Under the pieces are notes generated by a model. It had not been told where the DNA came from, searched no databases, and saw only the letters and a list, made by a program, of their open reading frames with translations. The position numbers and the translations under genes were made by a program. A DNA stretch of 63,618 nucleotides, filler included, from Cercozoa sp. M6MM (taxonomy: Eukaryota; Protista; Endomyxa: Ascetosporea), in the NCBI GenBank assembly GCA_040357565.1. It is 17 parts of 17 records of this genome, joined end to end, with 100 filler letters (N's around TTAATTAATTAA, not from the genome) between each part and the next. Parts side by side here need not be neighbours in the genome. Positions count along the whole stretch, not along the records: positions 53,830 to 56,613 come from JBDODJ010001696.1; positions 56,714 to 57,852 come from JBDODJ010002153.1; positions 57,953 to 62,190 come from JBDODJ010001192.1; positions 62,291 to 63,618 come from JBDODJ010002058.1; 13 more parts are not named here. One strand, written 5' to 3'. The stretch's first letter is position 1. Each line of letters starts with the position of its first letter. Of the stretch, positions 55,414-63,618 are shown piece by piece.

Positions 55414-56569
55414 ATGGGCGGTTCCTCCTCGCGGGTCGACCGCCATTGGCATTCGCGCTCGCAGGCTGCGCTGAAAGTGAGCTCGCAAGACAAGAATGAG
55501 CAGGTACCATACATGTGAATCCTCGGTGCAACAGGGATCGAGGATTGTATCTGAGCAGCAAATGCTCGATCGTTTGTTTCGCGAGTTGGCGAGAAGGTCA
55601 CCTGGAAAAACAATGTCGGTGCGTTTCTTCACTTCCACAGTTCAGTTATATCAAAGGAAGGACCTTCAAGTAGAAATCCACGTTTCTCGAGTTCTTCCGT
55701 CTGCCTGGTATCTTTGGCGAGCGACTCTTCCACGTCTTTGATCGCGACGGCAACGGCACGATCTCGAAAAGTACACAGCTCCGTTTTGGTGAAAGTTTTG
55801 CTTCGAATTAAAAGCGTTGTTTCAAATGAAAAGCTTTGCTTCAAATGATATGTTTTTTTGAAAGCTTTATGTGGCTGAAACAGGCGAGTTTCGAGCTGGC
55901 CTCGCTCTTTTCCTCCACGGCGATGTGTCGGACCGCATCAAGGTGTTGTTCGAGATGTTCGACCTGGACAACTCGGGCACGTTGGGACGCAGCGAGCTGC
56001 GCTTGATGTTCAACTCGCTGGTGACGCCCTTCACTAGCGATCTGTCGCGCGATCCGCGCGATTCCGTCGCTCTGCAAGGCAATCTCGATGGTACGAAGAT
56101 TTAAAAGCTGTAATTTCGAGATTTCGAAAGCTTTGAAAGCTTTATTTCGAAATTATGAAAGCTTCGGAAGCTTTGATTTCGAAATTGTGAAAAGCTTTGA
56201 CAGCTTTGGGTGTGAAATGGCGCAGACGCGCAAGAGCAAGCAGTACTGGCTTCGAATGCGGCCGAGTACGCGTCGGTGCTGCGATCGCGCACAATTGTCG
56301 AGCAGGCGGTGCAGGACGTGTTCGACGCTCAGGACACCGATGGCGACGGTCGCATCGATGCCGTTGAGTTTGCTGCATGGTAGTGTGGCTTTGCCCCTGC
56401 CCTCCCCTTTACCCCCCCCACCCTTCTTTACCCCCAACCAGGATGAGGAAGGAGCAGCGCATGCTGGCATGGATGATGAAGGTACTGGGACGACATGCAT
56501 TTCGACTCAACAAGCTGCCGCCGCCGATGAAACGCAGCAGCAGCACCAACGACGCTTCTGCTGACATTG
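55414..56569 (+). CDS. N-myristoylated EF-hand Ca2+-binding protein (calcineurin-B/NCS-like N-terminus), 3' truncated
   Basis: MGGSSS start; LPGIFGERLFHVFDRDGNGTISKGEF; FEMFDLDNSGTLGRSEL; DTDGDGRIDAVEF. Confidence 0.85.
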
Positions 56570-56575
56570 GTAGTT

Positions 56576-56613
<38 letters not shown>

Positions 56614-56790
56614 NNNNNNNNNNNNNNNNNNNNNNNNNNNNNNNNNNNNNNNNNNNNTTAATTAATTAANNNNNNNNNNNNNNNNNNNNNNNNNNNNNNN
56701 NNNNNNNNNNNNNTGCAGGTGTGTTTTACCCCCCACCCTGTGGCCTGGGGCGGGTTGCCCCCCCCCCCCGCACGGGGGGGTCGGCACAAG

Positions 56791-57852
56791 GTGGCGGAGA
56801 AGGTGGATCTCACGGTGCTGAACCGACTGCTGAAGCGCATCATGGACTACGAGCTGGCCAACTACATGACGGCCAGGAACAACGCGACACTGACCTACAA
56901 GGACATGTCGCACATCAACAACACCGGTCTCATCCGCGGCCTGCAGTTCTCGGGCTTCCTGTTCCAGTTCTGGGGCCTCGTGCTCGACCTGCTACTGCTC
57001 GACCTGACGCGTGCCGATGAGATCGTGCGTTCTTCCCCTACCCCCTCCCATTTGCCCCTTTACCCCCAACCCTGTAGGCCGGTCCGCCACTGCAACCGAA
57101 CCCGTGGCTGCAGTTCGAGTCGCCGGAGGTGGAGACGCGGCACCCGGTGCGACTGTACTGCCGACACATCGACCGCGTGTGGATTGTGCTGCGACTGGAT
57201 GCGGTAGACACCCACCCCCGTACCCCTCTCTCCCTTACCCTTACCCCCCTCCCCCGTAGGAGAAGTCGCGCTCGCTGATCCAGCGTTTCCTGACGGAGCA
57301 TCCGGACCCGTACAATGAGAACATTGTGAACTACCCCAACAAGCGTTGCTGGCCGCGTGACTGCCGTATGCGACTCATGAAGCACGACGTCAATCTGGGT
57401 CGCGCTGTCTTCTGGGAGTTCCAGGTAGCTAGTCCTTACCCCTACCCTACCCTTCCTATTCCTTACCCCCTGCCCTACCCTCCCCCCAGAACCGTCTGCC
57501 GCGTTCGCTGACGTCGCTGGAGTGGGACGATGAGCACACGTTCGTGTCGGTGTACAGCAAGGACAACCCGAACCTGCTGTTCGACATGGGCAACTTTGAG
57601 GTGCGCATCGTGCCCAAGCACCGTCTGCTGGCCGAGCAGTTCTCGCTGAGGGACGGCGCCTGGTCGCTCCAGAAGGAGAGCACCAAGGAACGCACGGCCA
57701 CGGCCTTCCTGCGCGTCAGTAAGGCTGGTCGGCAGGACTTTGAGGTGCGTTTTACCCTACCTGTTTACCCCCTCTTCCTGTTTACCCCTCTCTTCCTGTT
57801 TACCCCCCTCTTCCTGTTTACCCCCCCCCCCTGTAGAACCGCATTCGCTACA
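56791..57852 (+). CDS. PRP8: Pre-mRNA splicing factor Prp8, internal fragment (RT-like domain)
   Basis: [11 protein letters not shown]; YMTARNN; YKDMSHIN; LIRGLQF; [14 protein letters not shown]; [23 protein letters not shown]; [14 protein letters not shown]; TKERTA. Confidence 0.97.
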
Positions 57853-57993
57853 NNNNNNNNNNNNNNNNNNNNNNNNNNNNNNNNNNNNNNNNNNNNTTAA
57901 TTAATTAANNNNNNNNNNNNNNNNNNNNNNNNNNNNNNNNNNNNNNNNNNNNCCCCCCCTATACCCCCCTATACCCCTTACCCCCTGTTGGCA

Positions 57994-58681
57994 GAGGCGT
58001 CGTGCACCTCAGTCTGGTGGGCAATGCGATGCGACTCACGTCGGTACCATGATAACTAGGGCGAGAGATGATCATGTGGGTGGTCATGTGGGTGATCATG
58101 TGTGTGATCATGTGTGTGACCACGTGGGGGCGAGACTGAGTGACCACGTGGGCAGGTGGACCGTCACGGCCGTCTGCTACTGAGCGATTTGCGCATGCCG
58201 TCCGGCAGCTTTGACGGCACGTGCGACGGTGCCAGTGGCCACGTGCCCAGTGCCAGTGGCCACGTGCCCAGTGCCAGTGGCCACGTGTCCAGTGGCGCAC
58301 GTGCCTCGGTGCTGATGCAGCACGAGTGCAGCACGGTGAACGACTCCTCGTCGGACGGTCCGTGCGTCAGCGTGGCCGTGCGACACGCGGCGTCCAACGT
58401 GCTGGCTACAGGTGGCTACGGCGTCATTCGACTCTTCGATCAGACCCAGGTGGACAAGTGCGTCGCCACGTCGTGTACACTAGCCCTTTACCCCTTACCC
58501 CCCTTTACCCCTTACCTCCCTTTACCCCCCCCCCCCCCCCCGGCAGCGAGCGCGCGCACGTCGCTGCCGGTGCTGCAGGAGATAAAGTTCCTGGACTCGT
58601 TCACCTTCCTGTCGCGGCGCATCGGCGACGTGTCGGCGCTGGCGTTTCACCCGTGCGTTTCTCCGGCTTGACTCAAATACA

Positions 58682-58723
<42 letters not shown>

Positions 58724-58822
58724 GCATACAGAGAGAGGTCGCTGCTTGCGTTTGGCTCCTCGGACGGACACGTCGGCGTGCACGCGTCGCTGCAGCACCG
58801 GCCCGACGACGTGCGCTTCTGA
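57994..58822 (+). CDS. RPTOR: Raptor/KOG1 (TORC1) C-terminal WD40 part
   Basis: IKFLDSFTFLSRRIGDVSALAFHP...LLAFGSSDGHV, matching the Raptor C-terminal [22 protein letters not shown] pattern. Confidence 0.78.
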
Positions 58823-59319
58823 GTCGAGTTTCGTCGGTGCAGATGGCACAGAGTGGTCCGGCACGCGATGCGGTGACTCGACTCGATCGACCTCGACTTT
58901 GGACTGTTCCTTCAGTTTCGTTTCTAAATTTAAACCCCCTTTCAAATATTTATTTTCGTCTGCGCATGCAGCTTCCTTGTTACTGTCAACATCAAACAAA
59001 CTACTCGGCTGACTACTTGCTCCGCGTGGAAGCACATATCAGTCATTCCGAAGAAGAAACGAAGTGTTTTGTCGTGCTAAGGTTGAGAGCTGAGTGGCGA
59101 GCAGCTCGAAACTGCTACGAGAATTGAAAACAGCCCTCTTTCCTGATGTCAGTTTGTTAAACTAGTAAGAACAAATCCCTTTTTTACTCTCAACTGTAAC
59201 GACGGGCCTATACTTACTTTTCTTGAGTCGTTGTCTCCACTAAAATTGACAATCTCACAACACTGTCGTGTTGCGTACTGCCAACCGAACGAAAGAATGA
59301 TGTACGTCAGGTTGCCTGA

Positions 59320-59354
59320 AGCGAAGGTTGCGGGTTCGAGTCCCGCAGGGCGTG
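59320..59354 (+). ncRNA. Orphan tRNA 3' half / Pol III B-box element
   Basis: AGCGA-AGGTT-GCGGG-TTCGAGT-CCCGC-AGGGCGT-G reads as anticodon-stem 3' strand, variable loop, perfect T-arm, acceptor 3' strand and discriminator. No D-arm or anticodon arm lies upstream. Confidence 0.55.
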
Positions 59355-59457
59355 GCTGCGGTGATCCGGAGTTGGAGTCACGGCACTGTCAGTTAGCGAC
59401 CACCTCAACTCGACTTCAGACTAATTAAACGACAGCACACCAAAATCCCGGTCACCG

Positions 59458-60235
59458 CTACGCCGCGGTAGTCGCGGCCGATTCGAGAGTGACAAGCTCA
59501 AGCACGCGGCGCATTGTACGAATATTGCGTGTCGTCGCTTTTGAGCCTGCCAGACCGGTGGAAATTACACAACGCGTTATGTAAATTTATATATGTCTGT
59601 ACACACCTTTAATTGAACGTTCCCAGAACGTGTTGTTGAGGAAAGCACTTGCGTATCCATTGGGACAGTACAGCGCCACCGAGGAAAGGAGTTCGCCTTC
59701 AGCGCCGGCGTCCCTGTCCGGGCTGTCCAACTCAAAAATGGCATGCTCCTCGCCGGTTGCCTGCCGGACAGGCGCGGTGCTGGCGCGAACGAGCGTAACG
59801 TAGCAGATGCGACCGATGGCAGCAGTGCTAAGGTCAACTGCAACATCTTCAGCTTTTTCCGAATCCTCCTCGGCAAGCAGCGCGTTTCGCATGACGGACT
59901 CTGCATGAGTGACCACCTGTTGGAGCTGCGCCGGTGTTAGAACAGCGACGCATGCATTCTTTGGCACTGCCCAGATACACCGTCACTCCTGCGAAACTGC
60001 TCTGCTTAGACAGCAACACCAATGCGTGGTACGGTAGTACCTTGAAAATATCGCTCTAGCAAACCGGATATCTGCTTCAACAACATAAATTTACAGTTGT
60101 TATTGCCTGTACCTGAATTAAGGTACGAACGTCTTGGTAGCCAAGCTGCTTTTGAATCAGCATTCGGAGTGTTTTCATCGGGACTTTGGCGTTGCGCACA
60201 TTAATGCCACGGATAAAGGCGATTTTTGTGTGCAT
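59458..60235 (-). CDS. DUF1697-family protein with spliceosomal introns
   Basis: MHTKIAFIRGINVRNAKVPMKTLR...LGYQDVRTLIQ; LYCPNGYASAFLNNTFWERSIKGSKATTRNIRTM (RGINV and TxRN motifs). Confidence 0.8.
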
Positions 60236-61559
60236 TCTGATTTTGGCGGGATTCAACAAACAACACCCCGATTGCTCGTCCGATGCAATCAAGACACCGT
60301 AACTGCCCAGGAAACGATACCGGGTACTGTAGCTATTGTACGGTCACGCCTGCCATACCAGATACTGTGAAGAAGTTTCGGCTCCGAGCCGGAGTCTGTG
60401 AGCCAGAACGTCCTGGAGTCTCCTGCTACGGCCATTGTGACCCACCCCACTTGTACCTCATCATGCAGAAGGAATGGCAGTTCAACAACGTGCTCACGGT
60501 GATGCTCGCCATACTGTATTGAACGCGGCAGGTGAGGTGCCAAACAATGGCGTGATCTTTATACCTGAACCCAACATGACTCGGACTCTGCTGGCTTTCA
60601 AGTTCAATATTGGTCCCTTTTTGGCAATTGCGCCGTCGGAACTGCTGCTCAAGTTCCGTTCATGCATGCATAGTTTGATTGCCAAGTATCATAAGTCTGG
60701 CTTCGCAGTTCAAACAACTAGCGCAGCACGCAGAGGCTTCGGCATTAGTTTCAAGTTCAGTTCTGTTGATTTTTTTTTTCAGTTTCAAAGTTCGAGGGGC
60801 TGCATAATGAGCTGCAGGAGGCCGTGGGGACGAAGCTTGCGGAATTCAATTGAGGTACAGTACAGTGGCTCTGAGTTCTCCGAATCACACCAACTGAAGA
60901 TGTTTCTTGCTGAAGAAACACCTCGTACAGTTCTGTACCTCAGTCATCGAGAGCGAGAAGGATCGAGAATCGTGGTGTCTCGGACAATCACGGTCGCGAG
61001 GCTTACTAGGCAAGCAAGTGGAAGCAAGGCAAAGCCATGACCTGTGCCGACCACAGCAGTGCCAAAAGTCACAGCGGCACCTGTTTCTGAGTCATGAAGC
61101 AAACACAAGTGGTGCCCAGAGTGTAATCAAGGCAATATGGAACACAGTAGCAGCAGTTATCGACAACACAGTGTGTTGTTTCGCACTGTGCATCTTCTTT
61201 TCTGGCAGGTCTAGACACAACAGTGCAAGATTAAAAGATCGACTAGTAAGGTGAGAAAGACAAAGCACCAGTTCATGCGCCCTGCTGCTGCTCCTGCGTT
61301 GTGGCAGTATGCTCCGGTAGCGCACTACAACTGATGCGAACACTCGAGTGGCTGTACGCATTTGAAGAACGACTCATGTCTGCATGACTGAACATTAAAA
61401 CAGTCAGTTTGAACTGACGCCGCGAGACCTGAAACTCGAAAAGTCAGGTCCCGCCGTATCAACAAAGTAGTTGCAAGACCCTATTCAGTACCATTAAGTA
61501 CGACTGTTTAAGTGTTGTGTGCGTTGTCTTCACACTTCCCTCTCCACCGTGATCATCAC

Positions 61560-61776
61560 GGCGCGTCATCCTATCTACAGTAAAATCATCTTTCCGGTGA
61601 CTTTCCTTTCTGCAGTAACAGCATCTGGCGGTTGTCCACCAAGTGCTTTGCTGCGTGACACTTGGCCACTCTCCCTCCAAGAACAGACTTCCTTACGTTC
61701 CTTAGTGTTTTGTATCACTGGCAACCCTCAATTTACCAAGGCCTGATCTCTACTATCTGAGAGGGCTGCGGTAACA
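61560..61776 (-). mobile_element. LTR-family copy (5' ~200 bp recognisable, then diverged)
   Basis: The reverse complement starts TGTTACCGCAGCCCTCTCAGATAG...GGTAAATTGAGGG...CTAAGGAACGTAAG..GTCTGTTCTTGGAGGGAGAGTGGCCAAGTGTCA. Confidence 0.88.
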
Positions 61777-61782
61777 TTTACG

Positions 61783-62112
61783 TTAGTCATCATCGGCACC
61801 GGAGCGGACGGCACAGATATTGCACGCATAGGCGCAAAAGTATAGCAAGATTCCGAGCAGCATGAAGGCAAAGCCAACCACCACGGGTAGCAGAGGAAAA
61901 CACAGCTACCACACACACAAAGAACAGTGCCAGTGCATCTCACGAACAGAGGAAATACCAACGTAATCAACAAGGCTTGAAAAAGTCGTTCGCGATCGCG
62001 AAACTCGGAGCGCGTCGACGTGGCATCGCGCATGATGGCGACACTGCGCGCGGCCGGGTACGGGTGCGCATCGATCAACTGTCTGGCCTCTTCTTCGGTG
62101 TACTTGATGTCT
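61783..62112 (-). CDS. C-terminal exons of a hypothetical membrane protein
   Basis: IKYTEEEARQLIDAHPYPAAR...FQALLITL / LLGILLYFCAYACNICAVRSGADDD-TAA. Confidence 0.4.
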
Positions 62113-62290
62113 GCGCATACATTATTCCACTCCCATACCGCAACTGGGAAGGGCAGTCACACACACCATCACTGTCAAAATCGACTTCGANNNNNNNNNN
62201 NNNNNNNNNNNNNNNNNNNNNNNNNNNNNNNNNNTTAATTAATTAANNNNNNNNNNNNNNNNNNNNNNNNNNNNNNNNNNNNNNNNNNNN

Positions 62291-63277
62291 ATCACCGACG
62301 CTGAACTGAGCGAAATACCACAAAGAAGGAGAAAGATTCTCGGAAGGATCATCAAGACAGTGAACAGACCCAGAGAACACGAGACATGGTCAATACGAAA
62401 AACGGATGCTGAACACCACAAGCACAGGTGGCTCCAACTGATACGTGACCTCTCGAACAGAGCAGAGATACAACAAGTATACGCAACTGACGGCAGCCTT
62501 GCCGGAAGCGAAGCAGGCTACGGCTGGACATCAGGAAAACCAGTCAATGGAAGACTAAGATCTGGCAATGGCAAAATCACCAACGCGACTATCTATGATG
62601 CAGAAAGAGTTGCCATCATGCAATGCATCAAACACGCTAAAGAAAAAGGAGAAACCCGTATCGCACTCCTGATCGACAACAAAGGAACAATCTTGCACCT
62701 GACAACACCTCAAAAAACAGAGATGGATGAGATTGATGCACAATTGAAAGAACTAACAAAGGACATGCACATCACGGTACACTGGGTACCATCACACATC
62801 GACATTCACCTCAACGAACTAGCAGACAAAGAAGCAAAGAAAGGAAGGAACAGCCGCAACAGGAGAAACTGGATCAAAATAAACAAAGACCACAAGAAAC
62901 TGAAAAAGCAGACCCGAAACAGCAAAAACAATGTACCGCAACGCCCTCTCAGAAGGGCCAGAGTCAGAGCTCTACGAAAAACACACATCAGAAACCCCTG
63001 GAAACATATCAGGAACTCAAACAAACTACTCAGAATAGCCAAAGAGCGCAAACTCAGCATCGCAGACATCCGCACACTCTCAAGATTCCTCTGCAACAGA
63101 CTTGGAAGCTTCAAGTACTACAACTACGCCGAAGACATACTGGCCAACCCTGAGAACCTAGCAACACTCAACAGAATGCACCAAGGCACCAAGATCTCCT
63201 GGGACGAAGAAGCAACTGTCGAAGGACAACCAGCCTCCCAGCAGGTAATGGACCGAGAGGTCACCGACATAGACTAG
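62291..63277 (+). CDS. Retrotransposon ORF2 C-terminus: RNase HI domain plus basic tail
   Basis: VYATDGS; IYDAERVAI; IALLIDN; ITVHWVPSHIDIHLNELADKEAK (D-E-D-H-D catalytic set); open from the contig start to TAG at 63275-63277. Confidence 0.9.
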   Translation: MTDAELSEIPQRRRKILGRIIKTVNRPREHETWSIRKTDAEHHKHRWLQLIRDLSNRAEIQQVYATDGSLAGSEAGYGWTSGKPVNGRLRSGNGKITNATIYDAERVAIMQCIKHAKEKGETRIALLIDNKGTILHLTTPQKTEMDEIDAQLKELTKDMHITVHWVPSHIDIHLNELADKEAKKGRNSRNRRNWIKINKDHKKLKKQTRNSKNNVPQRPLRRARVRALRKTHIRNPWKHIRNSNKLLRIAKERKLSIADIRTLSRFLCNRLGSFKYYNYAEDILANPENLATLNRMHQGTKISWDEEATVEGQPASQQVMDREVTDID

Positions 63278-63571
63278 GCCACCACTCTCAGCAGTGGTGG
63301 CCCTAAGTCTATGTCTGATTGCTTGCTTCGTTATCGAGTGGAGAGACAGGAGGACGACGACGGGACGACCGACACCGCCTGCGACGCCTCTCTACTTGTA
63401 GCCCGCTACCTGCACCAACCATGAAGTAGACTTCGGTGTCTGGGGAACGTCAAAAGGGGAGTTGTATGGTCCTACCCTAAGCGGGCGGTAGACACGGCCA
63501 TGCTCTTGTGACCCACCCCAGACTGGTGCAGGGGAACTACATAGTTGGTTTCCTAGAAGACTCAACTAACT
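62291..63571 (+). mobile_element. Non-LTR retrotransposon 3' portion (I-group-like, RNase H), ending in an AACTAACT tail
   Basis: Intronless A/C-rich ORF, ~295-nt 3' UTR and tandem-repeat tail; 3'-end copies are dispersed elsewhere, one with a TSD. Confidence 0.88.
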
Positions 63572-63618
63572 TCGGACAGTCCACTCGCAGAACGTTCCCG
63601 TAGTTGAGTGGAGGCGTT

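Noticed and set aside
59209-59222. ATACTTAC as a U1 snRNA 5' end
   Set aside because: It is followed by a T-run rather than CTGG and the U1 stem-loops.

Overview
Eukaryotic (protist-like) nuclear DNA, not prokaryotic. The window is 17 short contigs/scaffolds joined by artificial N-TTAATTAATTAA-N linkers, so adjacency across a linker has no biological meaning. It is gene-dense and intron-rich. Introns are GT-AG, mostly about 45-100 nt, and often filled with simple repeats, so the supplied ORF track is largely uninformative and I spliced the genes by eye. Recognisable genes: a CRAL-TRIO/GOLD protein, mitochondrial bL9, a voltage-sensor-like protein, a formate/nitrite transporter, a PhyH dioxygenase, UBC13, aminopeptidase P, a C2H2 transcription factor, AGPS, CCDC22, VPS16, PP4 catalytic subunit, IRE1, an HMG-box/Tipin(Swi3) protein, the FEN1 tail, a bacterial-type GlnA4-like glutamine synthetase homolog, VPS72, COA6/COX6B-like, primase small subunit, aspartate aminotransferase, an EF-hand protein, PRP8, Raptor and DUF1697. 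There are two mobile-element families. One is a ~600 bp LTR family with one perfect solo LTR and a 4-bp target-site duplication (TSD). The other is an RNase H-encoding non-LTR retrotransposon with a (TAAC)n tail that leaves extremely short TSD-flanked insertions (53 nt and 12 nt). The most notable observations are an atypical splice-site code (donor consensus near GTAC[C/G], +5G a minority), introns built from tandem branch-point-like TTAC/poly-C units, the retrotransposon micro-insertions and its structured 3' UTR, the HMG-Tipin fusion, a PTS2-bearing AspAT first exon, intron-bearing bacterial-type genes, and an orphan tRNA 3' half. Exon boundaries and counts are manual and approximate, and no database searches were run.
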